From NCBI GenBank assembly GCA_963779615.1, contig CAVZZA010000003.1, forward strand, positions 832,001 to 896,000: 64,000 nucleotides of DNA. Reading direction: 5' to 3'. This document shows positions 1-12,137 of this stretch, piece by piece. Made by a program: the position numbers and the translations under genes. Under the pieces are notes generated by a model that saw only the letters and a list, made by a program, of their open reading frames with translations, was not told where the DNA came from and ran no database searches. Position 1 is the first letter of the stretch. The number at the start of each line of letters is the position of its first letter. The DNA comes from an uncultured Nitrososphaeraceae archaeon (GTDB lineage: Archaea > Thermoproteota > Nitrososphaeria > Nitrososphaerales > Nitrososphaeraceae).

Positions 1-1479
1 AAGGATCCCTTTTGAAGGCCTGATATCGGCAAGGTCATATAATTCGGGATAGTTTAATGGCCATTCAGTCATTTCTACCAATTCCTGCTTTACATCTTTT
101 AACCCTCCGATATCATCCCATTGAGTATCAGGCCTCTGGATTTGAAACTCCCTGATTGCAGACGGAGATACGTCTTTTAGCGCGTTGTTAAAGTCGGAAT
201 TTGTTATAATTATCCTGTTTAACGTTTCAGGTGGAATTGGAGATTGTTCAATATTAATTTCAGGAAGAATTCGTCTTAAGGCCCTCATCGCGGCCTCTTT
301 TGTCAGGACTTCCAAATCCGCGCCAACAAAACCATGGGTGATTTTTGATATCTTTGACAAATTTACGTCTTCATTCAAAGGCATTCCCCTGGTGTGGATA
401 TTGAGTATTTCCAGCCGGCCATCCTCATCAGGAATTCCCAGTTCTATCTCCCTGTCAAATCGACCGGGCCTTCTAAGTGCAGGGTCTATTGCATCCTGCC
501 TGTTGGTGGCCCCAATTACTACAACTTTACCCCTGGATTGAATTCCATCCATAAGGGTTAACATCTGTGACACCACTCTTTTTTCAACCTCACCTGTCAC
601 TTCCTCTCTTTTTGGGGCAATAGAATCGATTTCATCAATGAATATTATGGACGGAGCATTTTCTTGGGCCTGCTTAAACGTATCTCTCAGTCTTTCTTCG
701 CTCTCGCCATAGAATTTGCTCATAATTTCAGGACCGCTGATAGAGTAAAAGTTTGCGTTGGTTTCGTTGGCAACCGCTTTGGCCAGCAGTGTTTTACCGG
801 TGCCTGGCGGGCCATAAAGTAGGACACCCTTAGGGGCCTCGATTCCGATTTTTTCGAACAATTCAGGATGGCGTATTGGCAATTCTATCATTTCCCTTAC
901 TTTTTGTATTGGATCCTTCATACCGCCAATATCTTCATAGTTTATCCGTGGAATTTTTGGCGAAGGCTCTGTTTATAGTCACCCAAGGTAAATTTGGTGC
1001 CACTACCAACAATTAGCGGGCCATTGCCAGGACTTTAGGTTGTTTACTACAAAGGTAATCTTTTTTCCCATCAAATTTATGGGAATGGTGTCCATTTTTG
1101 ACACAACACGGCCCTCCAACAGACTTGGAAGGTAGTCGTCGAATCCAGAATATTCCAACTCTTCACTAGGCACCAGATTGACCTCTTTTGCTGCATGCGC
1201 AGTCCCAATTTTTTTGATGCGGACATGATCATCTATTCCCGATTCTAGAGCAGTTCGGGTGTACCCATCTATACGAACAATATTTCTGCTGTAGTCAGAG
1301 GACAGTCCAGACCACAGTCGTACATAACTGCATTTCTTTTTCCCTTTTAGTTCAATAATGTCACCAGTCACCAAGTTGAACTCGTCCATAACTTTGGGGT
1401 CAACAAGCGCTAATCCTTTTCCAACAAAGCGAATATCTGTTTCAGCAATTTTTAATAGTTTATCTTGTGAATTTTCCAT
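1..1479 (-). CDS. cdc48: CDC48/VCP-family AAA+ ATPase (runs off the window start; frameshifted around 960-1030)
   Basis: N-domain ORF ([15 protein letters not shown]) continues in another frame as [10 protein letters not shown]...[20 protein letters not shown] (Walker A)...[14 protein letters not shown] (Walker B). ATG at 1477-1479 gives MENSQDK. Confidence 0.9.
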
Positions 1480-1600
1480 TAATTTATCTCCCAGTTGTTT
1501 TGGAACATGTACATTACACATTGTAATAGTTATTACATAATATAAATTATCCTAACATAAAGTAAGATTTAATTTACAGGGCAAACAGTTATTACATAGA

Positions 1601-2347
1601 GTGTATAATAGAGATTTTTCTGTTCCCCAGGCAATAAAGGAAATCATAGTGTCAAACGACTTTTACCTGAAGGCAATCAAATCAGGCATTGTAAATTATA
1701 CAGCTCTCGCCAATAAAATTCACAAGGATGTAGAATCCATAACACTTTCAAGTGTAAATATCGGAACAATCATTGTAGCCATAAAGAGATTTGCTGATGA
1801 GTTGATTAAAAATGACAGTTATCCTCAACAGGCAACAAGCAACAACAAGGATAATGAGAAGAGCACCGAACCAGACGAACAGAAAAATCAGGAACCCTCA
1901 ATGTCACCAAATGATGTGAGAATGAGCCTTACTGGGAGCATTATTGACATTAATTTTAATAATGATACCATAATAAAAGACATTTCCGACATCATGCATG
2001 ATTTTTCTAAAGACACATTTTTTGACTATAATTTGATACACACAGCAAAAAAAATGTGCATATTTACTGAGGATATACAAGAATCAAGAAAAGTAATCCT
2101 CAACTTGAGAGAAAAATACAATGGAAATATGACTGAAGGTCTTTCAAAAATAACGTTAACTCTACCAAGTGAAAACATTATCCTAACAAGACAGATACTG
2201 TATCATATTTTTGACATGATAAACAATTACAAGATTACGCTCAATAATGCGTTCTTTACCAACAGGGAAATTATTTTGATTTTAAGGGGAAGTGAGGCTG
2301 CAAAAGCATATGATTTGTTGAGAAGAAAATTGTTTACCGAGAAATGA
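1601..2347 (+). CDS. Conserved archaeal protein with ACT-like C-terminal region
   Basis: The motifs GIVNYTALA..I and TIIVAIKRF are typical of the archaeal HTH/ACT-type family. 248-aa intact ORF. Confidence 0.6.
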   Translation: MYNRDFSVPQAIKEIIVSNDFYLKAIKSGIVNYTALANKIHKDVESITLSSVNIGTIIVAIKRFADELIKNDSYPQQATSNNKDNEKSTEPDEQKNQEPSMSPNDVRMSLTGSIIDINFNNDTIIKDISDIMHDFSKDTFFDYNLIHTAKKMCIFTEDIQESRKVILNLREKYNGNMTEGLSKITLTLPSENIILTRQILYHIFDMINNYKITLNNAFFTNREIILILRGSEAAKAYDLLRRKLFTEK

Positions 2348-2509
2348 ATGTTAAACAAAAGGAAAAAAAGACGACTTTGATCATGGATTTTCAATGAAGC
2401 AACACTTTATAGCAGCAAGTGATATCAAACACAATACAAAAAATTAAAGATAAAAGATCATGGATTTGAAAATAAAGGCATAACTCATTTAAAAACAAAT
2501 AAAACAGTT

Positions 2510-4332
2510 GTGAATATTAGGAGAAATGTGTCAAAACTATTAAAACTTAAAACAGGAACATGGGATTTATCAGAACTAATAAAAAATCCTAAAGACGATG
2601 AGTTTTCCAGTTTTTTGTCATCGATAGATGAAAAGGTAAAACAGTTTGAAAACAAAAGAATCGGATCTAAAGCCAGACATTCCATTAAAAAGTTTTTTGG
2701 AATTGGTAAAGGATACTGAAACCATTTCTGAAAAGTTAAGTATCATTTCAGGATACGCTCATTTAAAATACGCAGAAGACACCTCGTCAAATGAGGCCGC
2801 CGCCTTAATGACCAAAATGAACATTTTTGCGACAGAGATATCAAACAAACTTCTTTTCTTTGACTTGTGGTTTAAAAAAGAATTGGATGAAAAAAACGCA
2901 AATCGTTTGATAGAAGGAGTTCCAAAAGATTACCAACAATACCTCAAACACGAACGATCCTTATCCAAATTTACGCTAAAAGAACCGGAGGAAAAGATTA
3001 TCAATATTCTTGAAACCACTGGAATTGATGCTTTAATCAAAATTTATGACAGAATGACTAATGGTTTTGAGTTTGAGTATATAGAGGTCAAGGGAAGGAG
3101 AAAAATACGAAAAATGTTCACTAACAAAGAAAAATTGCTTACGCTTGTGAGAAGTTCACGATCGACTGAAAGGATAGCCGCATACAAGTCATTGTGGTCG
3201 ACATATAAAAAAAACAGTGGAGTTCTGGGAGAAATTTACATTAACAGAGCATTGAATTGGTACAACGAATACATTGTCCTTAAGAAAATTTCCATCACCC
3301 ATTTCAGTAAGAAACCTTTACAACGACATAGATGATAAAACAATTGAAACATTGCTCAAGGTTTGCAGATCAAACGCGGTAATATTTCAGAAATACTTTA
3401 AGGAAAAAGCAAAGATGCTAAAACTAAAAAAATTGGAGCGCTACCACCTTTACGCCCCAATTAAATCCCAAAAACAGGAAAAGATAAATTATGACAAGGC
3501 CATGAAAACAGTTTTAGACGCATACGCAGGTTTTGACCCGAAATTTAGGCAGGTTGTTGAAAAACTAATAGAAAAAAAACACATTGATTCTGAACTTAGG
3601 AATAACAAGCAGGGAGGAGCATTTTGTTCAACAATTACTCCCGAAATAGATCCCTATGTATTGCTAAATTTTGACGGGACCCTAAGGGACATATCCACAA
3701 TCGCTCATGAATTCGGCCATGCAATTCACAGTGTGCTAGCTTCAGACAAACCAATAACCGTACAACACCCACCTTTACCACTAGCTGAAACAGCGTCGGT
3801 TTTTGGTGAAATGCTGTTAAACGACAGCATGTCCAACAACGTATCCAAAAAAGAGAAAAAAATACTGCTAGCAGAACAAATTGACGATTTTTATGCCACC
3901 ATCATGAGACAAACATATTTTACAATGTTTGAGGTTTCTGCTCATGACACCATATCTAAAAACAATGCAACCACAATAGACGAACTGTCGGACCTTTACT
4001 TGAGCAATCTAAAAGAACAATTTGGAGATTCTTTAAAGGTAACAGAAGACTTCAAGTACGAATGGCTATACATCCCCCATATCTATCACTCGCCTTTTTA
4101 CTGCTACGCGTATTCATTTGGCAATTTACTTGTGATGTCTTTATATCAACAATACAAAAATGAAGGAAAAGACTTTATACCAAAATATATCAGGATTCTG
4201 GCAGCCGGGGGTACAAAAAAACCCGAAGAATTGTTGTTTGATGAAGGTATAGACATAACCAAGGAAAGCTTCTGGCAAAAAGGTTTCGATTTGGTTAACG
4301 AGAAAATTACAGAGTTAAAAACTATTAACTAG
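2510..4332 (+). CDS. pepF: M3-family oligoendopeptidase F (two frameshifts, ~2650 and ~3280)
   Basis: Three overlapping ORFs join into one protein: WDLSEL N-terminus, HEFGH zincin motif, AETASVFGE, HIYHSPFYCYAYSFG. Confidence 0.9.
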
Positions 4333-4902
4333 TTATTAACAAAAAAAAGACATCAGAAACCACTCCAATTTATTTCATTATCGAATGCATTCACTTGTGT
4401 GCTTCCCATAATTTATGCACAAAAATTCCCTGTCTTTTTTTGATTACGCTAGTCTGAAGGTTTTAGATTGTTTGTTTGAATGCCTTCTAGGTATAACTCA
4501 TTGGCAAACATTAGGTATCATATCCAGTCAACAGGCAAAGGCACATCACATCATTTCAGGTTAAAATCACCCAGTTTAAATGCAAAATAGGATTGGTTTT
4601 GAAAATCATTTGACAAATTAACTGATACGCCACTGATTTGAAACAAAAAAATGCTTTTTTTTCCATGATGATTTGTTTCAGCTCAAGAAAACTTTTACTG
4701 TTTGCCAAAGGCGTTTGTGACACAATTGAATGGCATAGTTTTGTGGCAAAAGGAGAACTTTAATTACAATGTTACAAACATAATGGGTGTAGAAAACACA
4801 ATCACAAAAGAGAATTAATTATTTTGGTACAAACTGTTATATATCATTTCTCCCAAAAGAAAGGCATTTACCATTTTTTGTTTTATGTTATACAGGAGTA
4901 GT

Positions 4903-5142
4903 TTATTTATGTTCATCGCTAGGTTTAAAACCAGCAGTGCTATTTTTTTCACTTTCCCTATCCCTTCCTACGGACCTAAAAAACATTGCGGAAAAAACCA
5001 GCAATACTGAAACTATAACAGATGAGACAATTTGCGGAAAGGAACTGCCAAAAATCAAACCCACTGTTAAAACAACAACAAACACAATACCGAATATCGG
5101 GAGCCATTTTCTGATTATGTCATTTTTATTTATTTTTATCAT
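4903..5142 (-). CDS. Small membrane protein (two predicted TM helices)
   Basis: 79-aa ORF with two hydrophobic stretches and a charged tail. Confidence 0.6.
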   Translation of the reverse strand: MIKINKNDIIRKWLPIFGIVFVVVLTVGLIFGSSFPQIVSSVIVSVLLVFSAMFFRSVGRDRESEKNSTAGFKPSDEHK

Positions 5143-5296
5143 TTGTATGAATTACCAAATACACAAATGATATTAAAAGAATATAGCACTCAACAATCCA
5201 GCCAGCCGGCCAGTAACTATACCAATGGTAATCTGATACCAGTGAACTATAGAAAATGAAACCCTAACGAAACAAACAAAATAATCAACCCATCAA

Positions 5297-5713
5297 TCAA
5301 TCAATCAATTCAACTATACCTTTGGTCAACATTAACCTTCTCAACTCCTTTGCAAGATCAGTCACGGTAATAATTCCAACTACATTTCCGTCTGACATTA
5401 CAGGTAAACGCCTGATTCTGTTATTGATCATCCTTTGCACAGCTACATCAACAGGGGTATCAGGTTCCGCAAAGGTTTGGATTTTAGACATCAATTCAGA
5501 TATCCTCACTTCAGAAGACTTTTTATCTTCAGCACACACCCTTTTCACAAAATCTCTTTCGGTTATTATTCCCAAGGACTTGTTATCTTTATCTTGAACG
5601 ATAAGGGAACTAATCCTATTTTCTTTCATAAGCAATGCAGCATCTAATGCGGATCTACTAGAATTAATCGTTACAACATGACGTGTCATTATCTGACTTA
5701 CAATTTCTTGCAT
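5297..5713 (-). CDS. CBS domain-pair protein
   Basis: GIITERDFV and IRRLPV..GIITVTDL CBS motifs. Likely start MQEIV at 5713. Confidence 0.85.
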   Translation of the reverse strand: MQEIVSQIMTRHVVTINSSRSALDAALLMKENRISSLIVQDKDNKSLGIITERDFVKRVCAEDKKSSEVRISELMSKIQTFAEPDTPVDVAVQRMINNRIRRLPVMSDGNVVGIITVTDLAKELRRLMLTKGIVELID

Positions 5714-6270
5714 ACAATTTTTTAAGATAAACAATAAAAAAAGATTTCTTAAAAAAACAAAAAGCATGATTTATCAAAAGATCGACATATAAAAATAAAA
5801 AAAGATTCAAAAGATAACTTCAATAACACACTCTCTGTTGCCCAATTCTTTCCACACAGATGGAATTTGGCCAGCCGATTGTTTTGTTGAACGGATTTGA
5901 ATATGAATACAGGTTTCCTTTGTAAAAGGATGTATGGTGAACATACGCCCACACCGAGGTTAAAAACACGGTAAAAGATATTGTCAGGAAAGTTACGCCA
6001 CATAACCTGTCCAGCAAGTAGGTGTATGACATGGAAATGAATTTGGATTATGGCGAAGATACACAACAACCACAGAGCGATCATGCGCAAAAGATTTAAA
6101 ACGGCATAGGTAAGATAATAGCATAGAAATGGAAACAAAAAATATTTTTAACAAAATATTAAGTTGGATACGCCTTGTGAGAGCATCAAGAAAGCACAAA
6201 GTTACAGCTTAGGTCAATATGCTATTTAAGTAAAAATATTAAAAACATTTTTTATAATGTCCGATCTCAC

Positions 6271-6933
6271 GGCTCTGTTCACTTAACCATAAGGCTAAAG
6301 CTTGAAGATGTCCTATCTCCCAATGGTTTGCAGAAACAGAACACCCTCAGTGCATTAGCTATGGTTTGTATCTTTGTTTTCCAGGGCCATCATTGAGAAG
6401 GGCATCAGAAAGACTGTCCTGTTTTGTCAGGCGAAACCATGTCCCAATATGGAACTGGATTCAGATACACCATCCTCAAAGGATATCAACAAAAAGAAAA
6501 AAGATTTTTGGGTACATAGTGGATGAGACACTAATCAAGGCTGGTTCTAAATGCATCTGGCTCTGGGCTGCCATTGATCCAAAAGACAGGCAGATTCTGG
6601 CACCAAGCATATCCAGGGAGAGAAACATGCCTATTGCTGAAAGGTTTATCGAGGGTTTGGTCAAGACGCATGGAAAGTGCCCGGTATCGACTGATGGTGG
6701 AACGCGGCATCCCCAAGCATGCAGGTTCCCGAATCTAAAGCACCATATCCATTCCCCTCTGGAGAAAAGCCTGATTGAACGACCCACGCAGTATATCAAG
6801 GACAGAACAGAAAGTTTCGATGACTACTTTCCCTGTAGGGGAAAGAATTGTAAACAAAGCATGTAAAGAATCGGCGGCGGTTTTTTGTAGATTACCATAA
6901 CAATGAGTTAAAAATGCCTAAGTGAACAGAGCC
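6271..6933 (+). mobile_element. IS6-family insertion sequence with degenerate transposase
   Basis: Perfect 15-bp TIRs GGCTCTGTTCACTTA (6271-6285) and TAAGTGAACAGAGCC (6919-6933). 8-bp direct repeat GATCTCAC at 6263-6270 and 6934-6941. ORF 6366-6866 has IVDETLIK, WLWAAID, STDGG and IER motifs of IS6/IS240 DDE transposases. Confidence 0.92.
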
Positions 6934-7058
6934 GATCTCACTCATCAATAACTTATTAACTTTCTGCTAGTTATCTATTGCATTATTCTAAGTATTTTGT
7001 GAATTTAGCATCAATAAAAAATAAAAAATAAAAATTAGAGTTTAAAAAAAGAAAAAGT

Positions 7059-7640
7059 TTAGATTACCTGCCACGGTCTTGTCGCAAAAGTAACTCCAAG
7101 GCCTGCCGCTATTATTATGCTTTGATATATAATATTCATGTATGGAATTGGTTTCAATATTGGCTCCCCAGTTACTTGGACTGTTTGTCCCGGGCCTAAA
7201 CCTGGACCAACAGAAGCGAGGTTAAGTTGTGTATGGACGTGGTAAATACCAGGTTCGAGAGCTTTGGCTTCAAGTCTATATGGAATTTTCTCTTGTGCAG
7301 CAACATTGATTATATTTCCCGGTGGATCTCGACTGACAAACTCCCATCTGTTACCTGCATTGGTAGACTCACTGAAAAGTGATATCCATCCCCTTAAATC
7401 TCTGTTAACCAAACTTTGGAGTTCTCCAGTTACTACAAGAGTGTCACCAGTATGAAGAGACTGTGCAGAAAATGCTTCATTATTGATTCTAACGAATCTA
7501 CTTTGAAGTTGTGCTTGAACACCATGGCCTTCAGCATCCGGTATTAATGATAACATAACGCCTAAAACTGATGCAGTTCCAGCAATTATAGTTACAACTA
7601 AAAATACCATAGCGGGGTTGTTGCCGCTTTTCATATTCAT
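7059..7640 (-). CDS. amoB: Ammonia monooxygenase subunit B
   Basis: Signal segment followed by HGVQAQLQSRFV, GIYHVHTQLN and C-terminal TFATRPWQVI, all hallmarks of archaeal AmoB. Confidence 0.97.
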   Translation of the reverse strand: MNMKSGNNPAMVFLVVTIIAGTASVLGVMLSLIPDAEGHGVQAQLQSRFVRINNEAFSAQSLHTGDTLVVTGELQSLVNRDLRGWISLFSESTNAGNRWEFVSRDPPGNIINVAAQEKIPYRLEAKALEPGIYHVHTQLNLASVGPGLGPGQTVQVTGEPILKPIPYMNIIYQSIIIAAGLGVTFATRPWQVI

Positions 7641-7659
7641 GTGTGGTTTCAACAAAAAA

Positions 7660-7680
7660 CATAGATAAAAAGTTTGCTAT
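7660..7680 (-). promoter_or_regulatory. Putative BRE/TATA promoter of amoB
   Basis: Minus strand reads ATAGCAAAC-TTTTTATC about 23-40 nt upstream of the ATG at 7640. Confidence 0.5.
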
Positions 7681-7849
7681 GATAAATTCTAAAATATTTT
7701 ATAATTATTACAAAATAATCGATATAACATAAATAAATATTACAAACGATAAAAGTTATTTATAAAATAACCATTACAAAAACCATATGACTGATATAAA
7801 CATACAAAGTATAAGTATCGATACAACTGTATATAATACTGGATAAAGA

Positions 7850-8008
7850 TTGGGTAAAGATATCGATGTTAATCATAATAATGAAGAAGAGGGCACCTTG
7901 TGCAATTATTGTGGAAACATTATGGAAGCTTGTATGTGTGTTTGTCCTTATTGTGGAATAAGAGATAAATGCGAATGTTGCATTCTTGATGCAACTACAG
8001 GAGGATAG
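7850..8008 (+). CDS. Cys-rich microprotein (52 aa, 9 Cys), not in the ORF track
   Basis: TTG start; MGKDIDVNHNNEEEGTLCNYCGNIMEACMCVCPYCGIRDKCECCILDATTGG*. Two CxxCG knuckles plus CxC and CxCC. TATA-like TATATAAT about 14-20 nt upstream. Confidence 0.8.
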   Translation: MGKDIDVNHNNEEEGTLCNYCGNIMEACMCVCPYCGIRDKCECCILDATTGG

Positions 8009-8082
8009 TTATCCTTTATTGTTAAATGGCAATGAACACATTTAAACATAATAATAACAAACATCAATATTAAGAATAAATA

Positions 8083-10139
8083 ATGGAAAATTTTAGAGAA
8101 TCCATTTCTTGGGTTATTGGCGGTCCTCAAGGAAGCGGGGTTGATTCTGCGGCACATATTTTTATTAAATCCATTGCAATGTCCGGATTACATGTATTTG
8201 GCAAAAGAGAATACTATTCAAACATCAAAGGAGAACACAGTTATTTCACAGTCAGGGTTTCAAGTAAACCAATAAGGTCACATGTGGATGAAATAGATCT
8301 CCTAGTTACATTTGACGGTGAAACTGTAGTAAGGCACTCACCATATTTGGTAAATAATGGGGTATTGATATACGATCCAGAAATTAAGGGGAAAAAAATT
8401 GAGGATATCCACACCTTAGATTATTCATCCAAGAAAAAAATAAAAAAGATATTGGAAGAAAACAACAAAACTCTGGATTTTGGTGGAATTTTAGAGAATC
8501 TAAAAGAAAGAAATGTGTTATTGATAGAGCTGCCTTTTTTTGAACTGATTAAAGACTTTTCAGAAAAGATTAATGATCACTCCCTAAGCAAACTTGCTAG
8601 AATTACTAATGTGATGTCCCTAGCGGCATCGCTTGCAATACTGGATTTCGATACAAAAAAGATGGAAAATGGGATTCGGTCAATATTTTCAAGTAAACCC
8701 AAGATAGCAGAAATTAATGTGGATGCAGGTAACTATGCATACAATTATGTGAAATCCAAATATGCAGACAATCTCAAAAAACATTCCATGAGTTTGGTTT
8801 ATGACCAAACAAGCAATGACAACAGCAACTACATTATTGCGCAGGGAAGTCAATCATCACCCCTTGGAAAAATAGTAGCAGGCTGTAGGTTCCAAACATA
8901 TTATCCAATAACCCCTGCAAGTGACGACAGCGAATATCTGGAATCCAACCTCATAATAAAACAAAATGACAACAATAACGGGTCAGATTGTTGTAATCCA
9001 AACCGAGGATGAAATTTCAGCAATTGCCATGGCCATAGGATCATCATTGACTGGAACCCGCAGTTGTACAGCCACATCTGGACCAGGGTTCTCACTAATG
9101 GCAGAAGCTTTAGGATGGGCAGGAATGAACGAAGTACCAGTAATAATCTCATTGTATCAGAGAGCGGGCCCATCCACAGGATTACCCACCCGGCAAGAAC
9201 AAGGAGACCTGTTATTTGCGATAAACGCAGGTCACGGGGAGTTTCCAAGGATAGTGTATTCTTCTGGCGATATTGAAGAGAGTTTCTATGACACAGTTAA
9301 GGTATTTAATTACGCAGAAAAATTTCAATTGCCAGTCATCCACATGATGGACAAATTTATAGCAAACAGCATAATGACGTGTAAAATCTTCGATTACAAA
9401 AAGATAAAAATCGAAAGAGGGAAATTCATTGGCAAAAACTCTCTCCCTAATCCAGATTCAGGTGCGGATAATGGCATAAAACATTTTAAGCGCTTTAATC
9501 TCGAGGAGGGGCCAATTTCTAAAAGAGTTCCCCTAGGAACAGAAAATGGAATCTTTTGGAATACAGGAGACGAACACGATGAGCGAGGGTCATATTACAG
9601 AGGATCCAGAAATTAGAAAAAAAATGATGGAAAAGAGGATGTCAAAATTGCAATTAGTCAGTGATCAAATACCAGAGCAGGATCAAATAACAGTAGAGTT
9701 TGAAGACAAATTGAAAAAGGATATTGAAAGCACAATAATAATCTTAAGCTGGGGATCCACCAAAGGCGCAATTTTAGACACTTTGGAAAAGATATCTCCA
9801 GAATTTGAGAAAATAAGATTTATTTTTGTCCAAGTTAAATTATTGCACCCTTTTCCTTCAAGATTATTGGAAGACACCTTAAATAACATAACAGGCACAA
9901 AAACTGAAAACAGCACTACCAAATTATATTCAAATAGCAAGACAACCATAATAAGTATTGAGATGAACTATTTAGCACAGCTCGATATTTTGCTAAAGCA
10001 AAATACCACGGTAATCACCAACTATAACATTTTAAAATACAACGGAAGGCCCATGTCATTATCAGAATTATATGAGTCATTTACAAGGATAATAAGTAAC
10101 AATACAGGAAAAAGAGTGATTTTGGAGAATGGAGTATAA
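8083..10139 (+). CDS. korA: 2-oxoacid:ferredoxin oxidoreductase alpha subunit, gamma-alpha fusion (two frameshifts, ~8980 and ~9583)
   Basis: [37 protein letters not shown] and SWGSTKGAI motifs across three overlapping ORFs. Substrate specificity (pyruvate vs 2-oxoglutarate) cannot be determined from sequence alone. Confidence 0.9.
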
Positions 10140-11094
10140 GCTTTCCGAGTATAAAACAGAGGTACATAATGATTGGTGTGCCGGTTGTGGAGATTTTGGC
10201 ATTTTAAACGCTATACAAATGTCTTTATCAGAGCTAAAAATACCTCCCCACAATGCAGCCCTTTTTTCAGGCATAGGTTGTTCTGGGAAAACGCCTCATT
10301 TTGTTCATACCTATGGGATACACACCCTTCACGGAAGGGTACTTCCATTTGCACAAGGGGCCAAGTTATCAAACCCTAACTTGAAAATCATCGCGGTGGG
10401 TGGAGACGGAGACGGCCTGGGCATAGGATCAGGGCACTTTATTAATTCAGGAAGGAGGAATGTAGACATCACGTATATAATTTACAACAATGGAGTTTAT
10501 GGCCTAACCAAAGGACAAGCTGCGCCTACATTAAAGATAGGCATGAAGACAAAGTCATTACCTCAACCAAACATGAATGACAGCATCAACCCCATTGCCT
10601 TAGCCATCATTTCCGGGTTTACATTTATTGCCAGAGGATACTCCTACGATGTAAAGCACTTGAAAGAGGTTATAAAGAAAGGCATACTTCACAAGGGGCT
10701 CTCTTTTATTGACGTATTACAGCCATGCCCCACATATAATGACATCAACACAAAAGAGTGGTACCAAAGTTATGAGATGGATCCCTCAGATTCAACCAAA
10801 AGGATACCAAAGATTTACAAACTAGAAGATGAAAATTATAACGGCATAGTAAACAACGAAAATGAATCACCATACAAAATGTCCCTAGCTTTAGAAAAAT
10901 CAAGGGAATGGGAAAAAAGAATTCCAATAGGAGTTTTTTATCAGAATGACAATATCGTCACCTATGGAGAGAGAATTGAAAGCAGAATAGAAAACTACAT
11001 TTCTTATCCCCCCGCAGAACAAATAGTAAATGATAAAGATGGCAACACAATAGCAAATATCGACAATCTTTTAGACAAACTAAAAACTCAGTAA
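10129..11094 (+). CDS. korB: 2-oxoacid:ferredoxin oxidoreductase beta subunit
   Basis: [21 protein letters not shown] and the TPP-binding [16 protein letters not shown] motif. Confidence 0.93.
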   Translation: MEYKLSEYKTEVHNDWCAGCGDFGILNAIQMSLSELKIPPHNAALFSGIGCSGKTPHFVHTYGIHTLHGRVLPFAQGAKLSNPNLKIIAVGGDGDGLGIGSGHFINSGRRNVDITYIIYNNGVYGLTKGQAAPTLKIGMKTKSLPQPNMNDSINPIALAIISGFTFIARGYSYDVKHLKEVIKKGILHKGLSFIDVLQPCPTYNDINTKEWYQSYEMDPSDSTKRIPKIYKLEDENYNGIVNNENESPYKMSLALEKSREWEKRIPIGVFYQNDNIVTYGERIESRIENYISYPPAEQIVNDKDGNTIANIDNLLDKLKTQ

Positions 11095-11447
11095 ATCATA
11101 GTAAAAGAACAAATAACTTTATTGTTATTTGCAAGACATTTTTTGTCAGATATCCTAAATTCATTAACATGACAATGTTATGGACCACAATCACAAGAGA
11201 TTTTGTCAATAAAAAACAAGATTGGCATAAAAACAACAGGGATTTACCCTCGTTGTTTAAGATTGACGGATGCATAGCCATCACTAAAACAACATGCAAA
11301 GAATGGATAAAGAATTAAAGAAAAAGTATCAGTGATTTTAAGCAATTATTAGATTTTAAAAAGAATCAGGACTCCCTATATACATATACATACAAAAAAA
11401 AGAAAAAATTTATTTTTAATATTTAAATTCATTAAAAATAATGGATT

Positions 11448-12098
11448 TTAATCCCATTTACTCCATGCAGCCATCCATCTGTAAGTCCATGTATTAAGTT
11501 TTGCGCCCAAGGCCGCAATAGGAACACAAAGCACCGCCCCGGCACCTGCTCCCAAAGCCACTGGACTGTTATAGAACTTTCCTACCTGAGGCTCGATTGG
11601 AGTCATGTATGGAGGTAGAGTAGGTCTTGGATATTTGAATGCCATTTCCAATGGATCCGAAACTAACAGTAAGTTAATCATATTAAACAATGGAATTGAC
11701 ATTCCAACCAGCACTCCTCCAATTAGTATTGCTGCATGTTTGTTCCTTCTTGTTGCCCAGTACGCCAAATCCAACAACATAGCCGACGGTATCCAAACCG
11801 GAACTGCGACAAAGTCATATGGGTATCCTAAGGCGAACCAGGCGCCCTTGGCAACCCATGTATAAATTGTCATGATAGTTGCGTAATACGTAGCTGTACC
11901 AGGAACACCTGTAAACAACATATAGTATATAGCTCCTACTACAAGCATTGTTGATTGAGATATAGAGAATACGACAAAAGATGTCCATGCCCAGTCAGTG
12001 TAGAAGATATAATCTCCTGCGTTGATTGTAAGCAAGGTACTGTTGACAGCAACAACAACAATGAACAAATAGTGAGTTGTACGTCTTAACCAGACCAT
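11448..12098 (-). CDS. amoA: Ammonia monooxygenase subunit A
   Basis: 216 aa, MVWLRRTTHYLFIVVVAVNSTLLTINAGDYIFYTDWAWTS...RWMAAWSKWD, the canonical archaeal AmoA. Confidence 0.99.
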   Translation of the reverse strand: MVWLRRTTHYLFIVVVAVNSTLLTINAGDYIFYTDWAWTSFVVFSISQSTMLVVGAIYYMLFTGVPGTATYYATIMTIYTWVAKGAWFALGYPYDFVAVPVWIPSAMLLDLAYWATRRNKHAAILIGGVLVGMSIPLFNMINLLLVSDPLEMAFKYPRPTLPPYMTPIEPQVGKFYNSPVALGAGAGAVLCVPIAALGAKLNTWTYRWMAAWSKWD

Positions 12099-12120
12099 TA
12101 TAATGCAATTCTGATAGGTA

Positions 12121-12137
12121 ATATATAAGATTTTGTA
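12121..12137 (-). promoter_or_regulatory. Putative BRE/TATA promoter of amoA
   Basis: Minus strand reads ACAAAAT-CTTATATA about 24-38 nt upstream of the ATG, consistent with a near-leaderless transcript. Confidence 0.55.

Noticed and set aside
185-541. Antisense ORFs (also 11605, 12967, 27848, 29840, 30620, 42074 and others)
   Set aside because: These are shadow frames opposite well-supported conserved genes.
2379-2467. 12-bp direct repeat GATCATGGATTT upstream of pepF
   Set aside because: Only two copies 77 bp apart with no further support as an operator or TSD.
4903-5142. Small membrane ORF near amoB as amoY/amoZ
   Set aside because: I could not support any similarity, so it is left as hypothetical.
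5749-6199. Three overlapping minus-strand ORFs
   Set aside because: No recognisable motifs or TIRs. This may be eroded mobile DNA but cannot be supported.
8980-9590. Programmed ribosomal frameshifting in korA, pepF or trpD
   Set aside because: There are no consistent slippery heptamers. Single-base insertions explain each break, and such breaks are widespread in the window.
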